Source: Octopus bimaculoides
Lineage: Eukaryota
Direction: 5' to 3'
Assembly: GCF_001194135.2 (NCBI RefSeq)
Contig: NC_068991.1
Location: 759,777-815,657, forward strand
DNA length: 55,881 bases
Shown here: positions 25,187 through 38,092 of the stretch, one piece after another
Numbering within the stretch: the first letter of the stretch is position 1
How the letters are laid out: each line of letters starts with the position of its first letter
Translations under genes and position numbers: made by a program
The notes under the pieces: model-generated
Database searches by the model: none
Seen by the model: the letters and a program-made list of their open reading frames with translations, nothing else
Told to the model about the DNA's origin: nothing

Positions 25187-26570
25187 TCATCATCATCATC
25201 ATCGTCATCATCATCAACCCACAAATCTGCTTCTTATATTCTATATTCTATTTCTGAACATTACAATTCGTTGTAGAATTTTGTCCACATTATCATTTAC
25301 TTGGCTTCTTGTATTCCGCTTCATTATGCCAGGTTTGTTTGTTTGTTTGTTTGTTTGTGTGTGTGGTGGGTGAGGATGTGTGTTCTTTATTCTTCAACCT
25401 CTGTCTCTGCACTGAAATGTATTTCGGTTAGAGTGCGTACCATTTTGAATGTGTGCGTGTGTGCCAGTATCTCTCTCTCTCTCTATATCGTATGTCTCTC
25501 AAACCTATTAAATTTTAGGTCACTATGTGCCGTAATCTCTGTGTGTGTGTGTGTGTGTGTGCGCGTGTGCGAGTGTGTGTGTGTGTGTGGATTTTAGTGT
25601 CCATGTAAACATGTATAAGTCTATCAGAACGAGTATGTGTTTGACGCTGTATAAAGACTATGTTTGTTTCTTTTTTGTGTGTGTGCATGTGTGTGTGTAT
25701 GTGTGTGTGTATGTAATGTGTGTGTATGTAATGTGTGTGTATGTGTGTGTGCGCGTGCGTGTGTGTGTGTGTGTGTACAGAGATNNNNNNNNNNNNNNNN
25801 NNNNNNNNNNNNNNNNNNNNNNNNNNNNNNNNNNNNNNNNNNNNNNNNNNNNNNNNNNNNNNNNNNNNNNNNNNNNNNNNNNNNNNNNNNNNNNNNNNNN
25901 NNNNNNNNNNNNNNNNNNNNNNNNNNNNNNNNNNNNNNNNNNNNNNNNNNNNNNNNNNNNNNNNNNNNNNNNNNNNNNNNNNNNNNNNNNNNNNNNNNNN
26001 NNNNNNNNNNNNNNNNNNNNNNNNNNNNNNNNNNNNNNNNNNNNNNNNNNNNNNNNNNNNNNNNNNNNNNNNNNNNNNNNNNNNNNNNNNNNNNNNNNNN
26101 NNNNNNNNNNNNNNNNNNNNNNNNNNNNNNNNNNNNNNNNNNNNNNNNNNNNNNNNNNNNNNNNNNNNNNNNNNNNNNNNNNNNNNNNNNNNNNNNNNNN
26201 NNNNNNNNNNNNNNNNNNNNNNNNNNNNNNNNNNNNNNNNNNNNNNNNNNNNNNNNNNNNNNNNNNNNNNNNNNNNNNNNNNNNNNNNNNNNNNNNNNNN
26301 NNNNNNNNNNNNNNNNNNNNNNNNNNNNNNNNNNNNNNNNNNNNNNNNNNNNNNNNNNNNNNNNNNNNNNNNACGCAAATACAGATACTTATGTATACTT
26401 ACACACACACACGCACCCCCCCCCACACAGAATCATTTGCAGTATCCAATTGAATCGAGGTATCTTAATAATAAGGACTCCGAGTGAGGGTCGAGGATAG
26501 CATGTCCGTGTATAAATGGACGCCCACGCATATAGTAATGTATATACGGACTTATCTTACCATTTACATA

Positions 26571-27380
26571 CGCGGTCTGATCAATAAGTATCTGGACTCC
26601 TGCCATAGTAAGGAAGCTAAAGCACGCATGCGCACTAAGGTTTAACGCCCTAGTTCAATTCCGCCGTTTACAGCAGTGCTTGGAAGGAAAGTGTGTAGCG
26701 TGTAATCTTCACATTAACCATGACAGAGAAAGTTGAGCAGAGAATCTGCATCAAATTTTGCCAAAAGCTTAGCGATACCTGCTCAGAGGCCTACGCAAGG
26801 TTTTCAAAGTGTTTTCATCATTCTCGACACAATCAAGGTGATCTTGTGCAACTGAGACCCGAATGTTCTTTTGATCAGCTTAAAGTAGTTTTGACAGAAA
26901 CTTGGCAGACACACGTCCCATGCCCAAATCTTCAGTGATAATGGACTGAACTGAACCGTAAATAATCTGCGCATCCACTGATAACTCACGGATGCTGATT
27001 CGGCGATTTCCCCTAAAAGCTGCACGCGCAACTTCGATGTTTTTCTCAGTTCTGCTGATTTCAGGTCTCTCAGAACGTTTGTCAATATCGACATTTTTTC
27101 GGCCTTCTTCAGAATGTCTGAACCACTTGTACACTTGTGTGCAGCTCATACACTCCTCTCTATACACTTTCTGCAACGTTGTGTAGGCCACTGAGCAGGT
27201 ATCGCCATACACAACTTTCTCTGTCATGGTGAATGCGACGATCACACGCTACACACGTTCCTTCCATGCCCAGTTGTAAACAGCGGACATGAAGTAGAGT
27301 GTTAAAACTTAGTGTGCATGCACAGCAGATTTCAAGGTCAATCTTTGCTAAGCAGCTTCACTCTGCGTGCTTTAGCTTCG
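26571..27380. mobile_element. Mariner-family relic made of two convergent 5' halves
   Basis: TA + TIR-like CGCGGTCTGATCAATAAGTATCTGGACT at 26571. Plus ATG 26720: MTEKVEQRICIKFCQKLSDTCSEAY. Minus ATG 27227: MTEKV-VYGDTCSVAYTTLQKVYREECMSCTQVYKWFRHSEEGR...RRISIRELS...IITEDLGMGRVSAKF...DCVENDEN (paired HTH region of a mariner transposase, ending before the first catalytic D). Confidence 0.88.
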
Positions 27381-27619
27381 TAACTATATACGCCCATTAA
27401 CCATTTTACATCCTCGATCTCATTGTTTGTTTACATCTGACATTTCGTATACGAAACGATGTATCAAAAATCATTACTGGTTATAATTTCTATAGAATAT
27501 CTGTAGAAATAAACTTAACAAAATAAGAAAGATAGAAATATACATAAACTTGTGTAAATGTGTTATACTGAACTAGAATGTATCTAAAGTCATATACATA
27601 CATACATACATACGTACGT

Positions 27620-27651
<32 letters not shown>

Positions 27652-27673
27652 GAGCATGTATGTATTGTATTTT

Positions 27674-27718
<45 letters not shown>

Positions 27719-27830
27719 CTAATATGAATATCTATATTCGTTTAAATGTGTGTGTATGGAGAGGGAGAGAAGGATGCATGTACATACGTACTATACATAT
27801 TTTTATGTGTGCGTGCTTACACACAGACAG

Positions 27831-27888
<58 letters not shown>

Positions 27889-28090
27889 CCGTTCTAAAGA
27901 TAAATAAATGTCAAATCAGATTCAGTGATAGTGAAATGTCGTCTATTCTTATCCCCCCACCAATCCATGAATATTAATAATCTTTCTTATATTGTCTATT
28001 GTATTTCTTATGTTGATTTGGTGGTATTGGGGTTAATAATAAGTAATAACAATAATAATAACAATAATAAGGATAATACTAATGATGATG

Positions 28091-28133
<43 letters not shown>

Positions 28134-28495
28134 TAATAATAATAATAATAATAAAATATACTTCGTGACGTTTTCGTGATGAGTTTTTAGGTTCTTCCCC
28201 ACCGCCACCATTGCCTTCTGCTGACTTCCGGTTTTATTATCTTTTCAATTTCTTCATCGGACTCAACTTTCTCACCTACTTCAGTGGTTGCAATTCCACA
28301 TCCCTCTCTTTCACACACACACGCGCGCGCGCACAGAACACAATGTAGGTGATTCTAATTAGCGACTACATTAGGAGAAATGTGCGTGTGCGTGTGTGTG
28401 TGTGAGTGTGTGTGTGTGTGAGTGTGCGTGTGTGTGAGTGTGTGTGTGTGAGTGTGTGTGCGTGTGAGTGTGTGTGTGTGTGAGTGTGTGTGTGT

Positions 28496-28538
<43 letters not shown>

Positions 28539-28800
28539 TGCATATGTGTGCTTCCCGTTTACTTCGCTCCATATTGTTTCTCCTCTTCGTCTAATCATAT
28601 ATCTTGTATTAAATCGATGATAGGACAGCTCATCTACTCTATATATCCACTAATCAATCACTTCCTGTGTGTCTGGACAACACTACATTCATTTCCCCAC
28701 CAAACACACCAAACCACTTAAACAACTTCTCTCTCAAGTATTTCCGTTTATCTTACTTTACCTCTCATCATTGTACTCAACGTTACATCAGAAACTATTT

Positions 28801-29100
28801 AAGCTGTGGTTGTGTGGTAAGAATTTTGCTTCCCAACCACAAGGTTTCGGGTTCAGTCTCTTTGCGTGGCACCTTGAACAAGTGCATTCTATCATATCCT
28901 CGGGTAGATCAAAGCCTCGTGAGAAGATTTCATAGACGAAAACTGAAAGAAGCCCGTCGTATACGTGTGTGTGTATATTTGTGTCTGTGTCCTTCACCGC
29001 TTGGTAACCGGTGTTAGTGCGTTTACGTCCCCGTAAGTTAGCAGTTGAGCAAAGCTGACCAATAGAATAAGTACCAGGCTAAAAGAAAAAAGTACTGGGG
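28801..29100 (+). mobile_element. tRNA-derived SINE, family B
   Basis: Head GTGGTTGTGTGGTAAG...GGGTTCAGTC; body GCGTGGCACCTTG...AGACGAAAACTGAAAGAAGCCCGTCG...TTTACGTCCCCGTAA...GAATAAGTAC shared with 30807 and 48258. Confidence 0.88.
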
Positions 29101-29252
29101 TTTATATATATAAACGCATACATATATAACAAATACAGTGACCTCTTCACTGACAAAGTTCCGTGCTGCATCTCAGTGAACAGGTCGCGGTCTCAAAGCG
29201 ATGAAAATATTTTGGCAAATTAAATTTAAATGTTGAAGTGAATCTAACGGTT

Positions 29253-29304
<52 letters not shown>

Positions 29305-29811
29305 GCTGTTATTTATCCTGTTGTTGTTATTGTTATTACCGCTATTTGTCAATCTTCGTCTATAACCACCATCCATCTTCTCGCTTCACCCCTTCATCAC
29401 CTCCCACTACTGCCATCTGACATCTTACATATGCTTCAACGAATTTTCCCGCCATTTTATGACACTTTACATTTGTCATCTTAATCATTATTCGCTGTCT
29501 TTCCATTTCGCTGTTGCAGTTGTTGTGTTTGTTCTTGGAACTCTTTTTACTGCTCTTCTTACTGTTTCTGTGGTGGTGGTTGTTGTTGCTGGTGGTGGTT
29601 CTAGTTGTAGTTGTAGTGGTTATGTATATAGTTATTGTTGTTGGTTATTGTGATGATGTTTCGTTATTGCCGTTATTGTTGTTGTTGGTCGTTTTATTGT
29701 TCTTATTTTGCTGTGATTTATGTTGTTTTGTATATCGTTCTCTCTTTTTAAGCGTATGTTACTGTAACTACTATTGTTGCTGTTGTGCGTGTCATTGATG
29801 CGATTGTTGTT

Positions 29812-29935
29812 GTTGTTTAACCCCACCTCAGCCTTGATCCAGCAACTCTATGTACAAAGACATCCCAACCATGACCACTAAGTCCTTTTCTTATGTACAG
29901 TATATCCGGGTCTACGCTATCTTGAAGAACCTGCC
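29812..29935 (+). mobile_element. Dispersed repeat family D (unclassified, SINE/LINE-tail-like)
   Basis: CCTTGATCCAGCAACTCTATGTACAAAGACATCCCAACCATGACC is homologous to about 49555 and 51700. The family's 3' motif TTTTAAGAC...GTGAT...GAGG...ATTTGGCTGCTATTTCTAG recurs at about 43465, 49660, 51790 and (minus) 33825-33975. Confidence 0.6.
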
Positions 29936-29953
29936 TATTTCCTGCTACTTTTT

Positions 29954-30302
29954 ATGGGCAATAATTACAAAATATTCACAAGCATTCCAAAAATAAACTG
30001 CACGACTGGAAACGTTTTGTACGATATGAAATGCTTGCAGAGGCAATGGAAGGCCAACACCACAGCCTACATAGGAAAGACATCCCGTTGTTTACGTGAA
30101 AAGATTGCAGTGCACTAGAGAGAGAGCAGAGTAAAAAAAAAAAAAAAGAAACACATGTACTCTATCAACATGCCATACAAAAACACAATGGGTCAATAAA
30201 ATATATTGAAAATACTTTTTAGACATTCAAAAGATCCAACTTAAGATAGATTACAGAAAGTATAGAAATACAGATAGTAGACCGCCAACAGCGAACTTAA
30301 TA
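29954..30302 (+). mobile_element. Penelope-like element GIY-YIG endonuclease relic
   Basis: 29993-30115 reads INCTTGNVLYDMKCLQRQWKANTTAYIGKTSRCLREKIAVH (NVVY..C...YIG.T.R.L..R..EH motif). 30250-30300 reads ITESIEIQ...PTANL (E...I....P.LN motif). Confidence 0.8.
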
Positions 30303-30806
30303 TGAAGACCGAGTATCGTAACAAGCCTTCTTTCACTCTATTAATATTCCATCACCACAATAAGACAAGAATAAAGGTAAAATAAACTGAAAAACACCTG
30401 ATATCTACCAATTCATACACACACATATACATAGTAATACAGATACATACACACGGACTCTTACGTCGCAACAATAAAAAGAAGTAAAATAAACGAATCT
30501 ACTGACGTCATTAACCGATGCTTTTACTGCAGAGATTTAATATTAGTAAATCACTTCAAATCGAAGTCTTTGAAAATGTAGACCCATTGCAAACGGGTCT
30601 ATATAGGATGGTGGAGTGAAAAAAAGCAATAAAACATTTAGGGTATCCAAAAAAACAATAGGAGCCTCAATAATAAGTGTTCCAAAATTTCTTTCTCCTT
30701 TAGTCAAAGCTTTTGTTTGTTTAGAAAATTGACGAACAACAAGTTGTGAGTGGTTTTATATTTTTCTTTTTAGTTTTTTTTACTTACCAAATAAAATAAT
30801 GACGAT

Positions 30807-31120
30807 AGGTGCAGGCGTAGCTGTGTGTTAAGAAGTTTGCTTCCCAACCACATGTTTGTGAGTTCAGTCCCACTGCGTGGCACCTTGGGCAAGTGGTAGA
30901 CGGAAACTGAAAGAAACCCGTCGTTTACATTTATAAATCTATGTGTGTCTTTGTGTCAGTGTTTGCCCACATCACCACTTAAGAACCGGTGTTGGCGTGT
31001 TAACGTCCCCATAAATTAGCCAGGCTTTAAAAAATAAGTACCGGGTTGGTTCTAAAAATTTCTTCATGGCTGTGCCCCAGCATGGCCACAATCTAATGAC
31101 TGAGGTAAAGATAAAAGATA
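30807..31120 (+). mobile_element. tRNA-derived SINE, family B (internal deletions)
   Basis: Head and tail (CCAGCATGGCCACAATCTAATGACTGA...AAAGATAAAAGATA) match the other B copies. Confidence 0.88.
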
Positions 31121-32539
31121 ACAGTTGTATATTACAATCATGTCATTACGTTCTCTTATCAGATATAGCAATAATGTTTTATATATATATTTATATATAT
31201 ATATGGATAGATATGTGTAAATATGCATGAAACTGTCCATCCTGAGATTCACTTTCTCTCCACACCACATCAATGGCAAAAATGTGCCTTTCATATTCGA
31301 ATTTATTTCACTTCTGATTCACGCTGTGTTGTGCATGAAACAGATATAAGTGATATTATTTTCCTGCTATATTTATGATAAATTTTTGTCCTGTTCATGT
31401 ATTCTAGCTTATACTACAGTGGCTGTAACCCCTTGTAATAGAATTGGCATCCACACCTGTAGATTTGGAATTGAATACAATGTATTTAGCATTAACGCAA
31501 AGAGTAATAACCGATTATATGATGTCATGCACAACAGAATGTAATGAAAACTTAGGTCAACATAGAAATGCCTTCACCCTTCGGCAAATTTGAAATCAGC
31601 TGCCTGGAAAGTTTTCTATAATTCTTTATGGGAAGACAAGACAGTTTATGTCTGAACACCATAAACAATTTTAATATCTGGCTTATATACTTATGTCTCT
31701 TTGTGTCAAGAGGTGGTAGAATTGATAATGTAGTAATCACATTGTTATTACAGCTAATTAGCATTTAGCTTTTCTTAAAATAAAAAAATATAGCAAAATG
31801 GTTAAAATGCCGCAGGTGGTAATTTATTCTGTCTTATTAGGTGTTGTTACTGTCGATGAACAGCCAGCGTGAGCTTCAGTTCTCTCTTGGCTGTTTGTCA
31901 GCGGATTGTCATTATAAATTAAGTGTAATAATTTTGATTGCTGGCAACATTTACCGTAAATTATCGTATTTTCATTAGATATTTGAAACCAGCATTGTAA
32001 AGGGTACAAAAAGTATCCTCGTCTGCAATGTCTGGCTTTAATATAGGAGAAAGAGGTGCCAAGCGAAGTTGTTTGTATGTTGAAAAACTGACAAAGAACC
32101 GAAAATATCAAAGCAAAAATAAGATTTTGTGTTTTAATAAACTAACATTTAAAAATATTTATTTAGACAATAATATAAATATTTATATATAAATGAAAAT
32201 ACTTTGCAAACGGGAATACTAAACGATGTGATGGGGGATACCAATTATAAAAGAATGAAAAAGAAATTAGACAGAGAATGGTAACTGTTAAAGAATTAAA
32301 TTATTGTTATCCTATAAATTATTACACCAGAAAAGTCTAGATTCTTCGAGAACATTAGATTATCAAGTATGACTGTTTCTGTTTGGTTATCAGACAGTTT
32401 GTGATAGTATTTGAGGACCCTTGAAACAATGAACACAAAATTTTGTAATTTAGTCAATAACCGTAGATGAGAGAACAGATACAATAAATACGACACAATT
32501 CTGTTGAAAAGTGGAATAATGGTGAACGTTACAATATGA

Positions 32540-33083
32540 TAAGTGTTTGAAATTCGAGATTCGAATCAGCTTCTTACTTTCCTCTTTACTATTGCCAGAC
32601 ATTTTGAGTGGATATTACAGTTGGTCGTAAATAAACATTCTTTTTTTTTTTTTCACAATATTCAGGAGTTCTCGTCTTTCACCTGCTTATTGTAACGCTC
32701 ATTCAGTTGTCCGATGATCCTTCTAAGAGATTCGTAACACATTATGTTCTCTTCCTTCAAATTTCCATGCTCGGCAATCACGAATGCATAATTGACCAAA
32801 TGCGTTTCTGCACCAGCCTTGTTTTTAACTTAGCGGGGACATTGCGAAAGGAGCGAAAGCTCATCTGTTATGGCCATATTCGCAGAAGCAGAGTTCTGGA
32901 AAACATTGTCATGGAAGGAAGAGTAAAAAGCAGTAAATCAAAGAGGCAGGTAAAGAACACAATGGATGAACAATATCCAAGAGCTGGTTGGACAAGTGTA
33001 GCAAGGCTCGCGTTTCATCGTAAACGCTTTTGTTGTAGTGACATCAATGCGCTGCAGGCGCACGGGACATGTTGACGACGACA
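32540..33083. mobile_element. Two RTE-clade C-terminal fragments, back to back
   Basis: Minus 32832->32540: KTRLVQKRIWSIM...LRRII...ELLNIVKK. Plus 32835-33083: RKERKLICYGHIRRSRVLENIVMEGRV... ending in a GACGACGAC tail. Confidence 0.7.
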
Positions 33084-33119
33084 AATTAAACTGATAAAAG
33101 AATGGCTGTTAATTATTCC

Positions 33120-33700
33120 ATCGTTGAAAGAAATCAAAGGTGAATGGAATATGTTTCAGAAGATTTCGATGGTCTCCAGATTTATGAAATCAGGAATTCG
33201 AACTACAAATAAACGAAATTGCTTTTGTTGTGATGTCAAATGCTGTATTCTTGCAGCTCGGATCATTTCAATTCTAGACTGATAATTCCTTGATATCCAA
33301 ATTTAATGCTCTATCAATTTCGGAATTTTATATATTCTATGTAGATATTAGAAAAACTATCCATTTATCAGGAATCAACCATTGAAATTGCATCATTCTT
33401 TTCTATTAACGAGTGAACATTTTTTCCCCGTCATGAAATTTTGTCAACATTCATTTGTCTGCGAGACACACAGATAATATTGCAAACCAAGGAATGCCGC
33501 ATTAACAATCTCATCTCAAATCATTCCAAAGCTAAGTAGAGCCAGCCTCCTCATTAAGATGCAACACAACAAATTTCATTAAATAAAAACATTACACTTT
33601 GGGGCGTCTTTGCTGCTTCAGTATTTAAAGTATTATTTCTAACTTCATAATTAATGCACGATTACATTTGAAATTAATGTTTCATGGCGTGACCTCATGC
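33120..33700 (-). mobile_element. Possible hAT (SPIN/GTF2IRD2-like) transposase relic
   Basis: Broken frames VSRRQM-LTKFHD (cf. WLSRG.VL.RF) and VRIPDFINLE (cf. F..RF.DF..LE). Heavily decayed. Confidence 0.3.
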
Positions 33701-34046
33701 ATAATAATGATTTCGTAGATTAATGATTCATTAATTCTCGTATCACAGCTGCACCCACACACGTCCTTATGTCCTTGCACTTTGCCCCAAGTAATGTTCC
33801 ACACCACTGCACCACGTAGCCTGCCGATCAGCTAGAAATAACAGCCAAACGTTCCTGTCTTGAAATAAATAATAAGCATGAGATAATGTTGTCCAAGATA
33901 AACTATAATTGAAAAAGAATCGGAATGATCAGTTCTGAATATCATGAATCAAGATTCTTGTTGCTAAACAACAACTCGAAGAAGTTCTGATTCCTGTCGA
34001 TCTATCTATCTATTTATCTCTCTCGCTATATATATANNNNNNNNNN

Positions 34047-34078
<32 letters not shown>

Positions 34079-34082
34079 TTTT

Positions 34083-34118
<36 letters not shown>

Positions 34119-34668
34119 ATATATCATTATTCTCAAAAGAGTCAATCCTTCAATGAAAAATTACTCACTATAATTCCCTCAGAGTACCAAATATATTTTC
34201 ATAAGTTGACAATGTCTGTCAACTTCTCCTGCAAAACTTCGAAACCTCTGCTTATCTTTTCCTAAACACACATACACACACGCACACACGCACATTTATA
34301 TACGTTTGTATTTGTGTATCTCTCTTTCTCTCTCTCTTTCTCATTTTAAATATATATATATACATATATATAATATTATCCATAGTGTAACACATTATAT
34401 AAGATTCTAGCCATTTAACACAATTAACTATCTATAATTCTATATTAATCTTTCGTTATATGTTTCCGTCAGACGACTCCGGCGTGTTTGCTCAGTTGTT
34501 ACACATTAGTATTTTGGGGCGAAACTTTGTAAGCAACCGTCTGTGTGTGTGTCTGTGCGCACGTTTGTGTGTGTTTGTGTGTGTGTGTTATGTGTANNNN
34601 NNNNNNNNNNNNNNNNNNNNNNNNNNNNNNNNNNNNNNNNNNNNNNNNNNNNNNNNNNNNNNNNNNNN

Positions 34669-34759
<91 letters not shown>

Positions 34760-35484
34760 TCACAAAATAAACAAATATATTTCGGTGGAGACACTAATGA
34801 AATTAATACCTTCACGGTTATATAAACATCGTTGAATCCCGTAAGAATTAATTAATTAGTGCTTCTCCAATTAAGATAAATAATGTTTTTATTCGCGAGA
34901 AATTTAAATTGACAACTGTGTATATAAGGATTTTGGTACACATCAATATTACTTGATATTTCAAAGGTTTTTTTTTTCTTCGTATCTCCCCGTCTTAATT
35001 GCTCTATATTGTAAACAAGGTATAAATACATTAACACACAATTCACCCACCACAAATAAACTAAAAACTAATGAGCTGGGGACAGAATTATTATTTGGTT
35101 CATCCCCACCATTCAGGGACACGTTATACACTGTATCACAAAAGAATTGTTTTTTTTCTGATGCACCGAAGACTTCCGTGAAGACAACATAATAATGATT
35201 CAGCAACCCCAATATTTAATCTAATTATTCCACAATCACTTCTCAATGAAAAAAAACTTGTGGAAACGCGCGTATCAAAATATTTATAAATTCCACCCAA
35301 GGATTATTGATATTGTTACTATATTTATCCTACATTATATCGGTCCAACTGGGTGCAACCCCACAAAACTGGTTCACCGATTATCATTAGAGTGTTGCCG
35401 GCATAATGGAATAGCTGCTTTATTTGTATACTCTAACCGTTTCCCGTAAACAAATTAAAAAGATACATATATATATATTTACAT

Positions 35485-35524
<40 letters not shown>

Positions 35525-35856
35525 GCCAAAAGAAGACTGATGACGACAATTCTATTCCTTCATTAATTTATTTTTAACAAAACTGTATATAATTTTCTTT
35601 TTACTTTTTACAGTTTATGTAGAATTTTTCTCTCTTTCGAATGATATAAGCGTTATATATATCCTTACAATTTGAATAATTTTAATGCGCAATTAATTGA
35701 AATGATTGAAAATTGTCGGCAAAATAATTTCAAGACCGTACCAACATTATTTTGTTCAAATTGAAAATTTACGTCACAAAAATGATCAACGAACAAAAAT
35801 TTATTATTAGCATCTATTTCGATAGCCAGTATTTTCAGTTACGTCCTTACAACGTA

Positions 35857-35960
35857 AGGGGTCGATGAATTAAGTAGCAGCTAAGTACTAGGACCGATGC
35901 AATCGAATATCTCTCGCCCACCAAATTTCAGGCCTTGTGCCTAGAGTAGAAAGGATTATT
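35857..35960 (+). mobile_element. Family A SINE 3' fragment (third tail type ...CAAATTTCAGGCCTTGTGCCTAGAGTAGAAAGGATTATT)
   Basis: Core GGGGTCGATGAATTAAGTAGCAG...GATGCAATCGA. Confidence 0.65.
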
Positions 35961-35972
35961 ACTATATACACG

Positions 35973-36051
<79 letters not shown>

Positions 36052-36066
36052 ATACATACATATATG

Positions 36067-36169
36067 CAGTGGTGGGCACAGCTAACCAAAAGGTTAGCTT
36101 CGCTAATCCGCTAAACGAAAAGTTCGCTAATTAGCTGTTAGCGGATTAGTGGAACTGTGCCCACCATTG
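36067..36169. mobile_element. 103-bp hAT-type MITE
   Basis: TIRs CAGTGGTGGGCACAG / CTGTGCCCACCATTG (14/15 complementary). 8-bp flanks CATATATG / CATATATA (7/8). Internal inverted GCTAATCCGCTAA / TTAGCGGATTAGT. Confidence 0.8.
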
Positions 36170-36189
36170 CATATATATTACAACCCCAA

Positions 36190-36640
36190 AATGACCAACT
36201 GATTCAGAAAAACTTCCTATCATTTTTTGGCGTAAACCTAACATTTCGAGTCACTGTTGAAACTAATGCCATCGGAATTAATTTCTTGAAAATCTCTTAA
36301 GTTAAGCGAACCTTTAATCTTTATAAATCAACACTGGTGCCGTCCCAAGTTTCTGTTAACAAGCAAATGGTCACAGAAACAGCCCAATATTATGATGCAG
36401 CACTCTATAGAATTTGGCTTAGAGATATGATTCTGTACACTGAATGTAGATCCGGAGTTCCTCAAATAATAACAGGAAAAGGCGTTCAGTTGTTTTGTCT
36501 CCCTTTAACTGTATCCATACAATTCATCGTTTCCTTGTCACAACATATAAATACCACCAATTTGTTTGCAAAGTGCCATTGTAATTTGTTATTTCAACAG
36601 TCTTAGCTTTGACGAAATCTAGTTATTTCAAAGTTGAATA
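36190..36640 (+). mobile_element. Penelope-like RT relic
   Basis: IQKNFLSFF...VTVETNAIGINFLKIS (cf. ITIETN...NFLDV), TAQYYDAAL (cf. A.PYY..AL), NNRKRRSVVLSPFN (cf. NRKRNIIWFNPPF), in the expected order. Confidence 0.65.
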
Positions 36641-38055
36641 ACCAAAATTGGTAATTTATTTACAAAGCACCATTAATTGCATAATCCTTAAACCCACTTC
36701 TATAGCTGAAAGTTCTTACCTAAAGACACAGTTTACCAATTAACAATTAACAACATCAAGATCGCTTCTTATGTAAATATTGTTGCGACCCTACAACCCA
36801 TTCAAATTTGAATATATTTCCTGCTTCGATGTCTTTTGGAACTCTGGAAAAATCCTCAAATTTCGCTGGTCAGTCACAACTGAGAACTGAATAATAAATC
36901 CGAACCTTAAAATCTGAGAATAAGGAACCGTATAACACTTGCACCAGGAAACGTTTCAAAATGCAATTTACCAAAGACTTAATATTCAATAGACTTTCTC
37001 CGCAGAATCTTGAAGACTGACATTTTCAACTAAACAAATGTTCCTTGCCTCACCAGTCCTTTGCATACATTTTTATACCATTTTATCTCCACTGGCAGCA
37101 CTATTTTTAGCTTTACTTTTCACTAATCTAGTTTAATTTCAATTAAAGATTCTCTTTTGTGATAATTATGACTTGTATATTGTTTCATCTAAATTCTCTG
37201 CATGCATTTTTATTCCTCTATTTTTACATCTGCATTCGTACCATAATTAAATAATTTATTAAATTATTTAATACTTTGATTCCAATAATAGATTCAGTTT
37301 CTTGTCTTTACCTCCGCTTCGCCTATTTAAAATATTCATTTTACTTTGATGTCCATATTTCTTACTTTTATCAATTTATTTACAAAGTTCTTATTTCCAA
37401 TTACATCCAGACCACGCAGACAATATTTGATATCGATTACAAGAACTTCGATTACAGATCAATCTCCTAATCCTGACAACATTGGGTGATTTAAAAGTTC
37501 AGGTAAAACGCATGGACCCTATTTTCTAATATCTGCATAAACATCTTTCACAACTCAACTGCAAGAAATGTACTTTAATTCTTCAGAAGTTCGGCTCAAC
37601 AAAATATACCGTTTCCTTTACAGACACAATTCCACATACACACGCACACGCACACACACGTTCCGCAACGTGCCTCTGCTCTATCTCCTCGCACCCGCCC
37701 TGCCGTTGCCTGTCTTCCGTTTCTCCTCACCTACCACCCCCACCCTGCCCCTCCAACGCACCATTCTCCGAGCCTTCCGGTGACTCCAGTCCGACCCCTC
37801 CACTTTGCATATCTTCCCCAACCTATTTTTCAAAGTGCTGCCACCTGTTGGCTTTTAAGACGACGTCCACTTCTCACTTCATTGTGATAGTGTTGAATTC
37901 ATCTTTCTTTGTTTCCTATTGGCAAGGATAATCTAAGTTAACCAGAGTTATTAAGTTCACTCAATTAAACGTGTGAGACTCTAAATATATGTATATGGTA
38001 TACAGAATATCCTGCTGAGGGACTTCCCCTCAGCCCGTCGTTGCATGTATGTATA

Positions 38056-38092
<37 letters not shown>

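Noticed and set aside
28160-28310. Minus-strand peptide ESDEEIEKIIKPEVSRR with an ETS motif
   Set aside because: No acceptor site and no frame open to a convincing donor.
30298-30330. TGAAGA-C-CGA-GTA-TCG after the GIY-YIG relic as a hammerhead remnant
   Set aside because: Both cores are altered (no CUGA, no GAAA) and no stems I/III could be formed.
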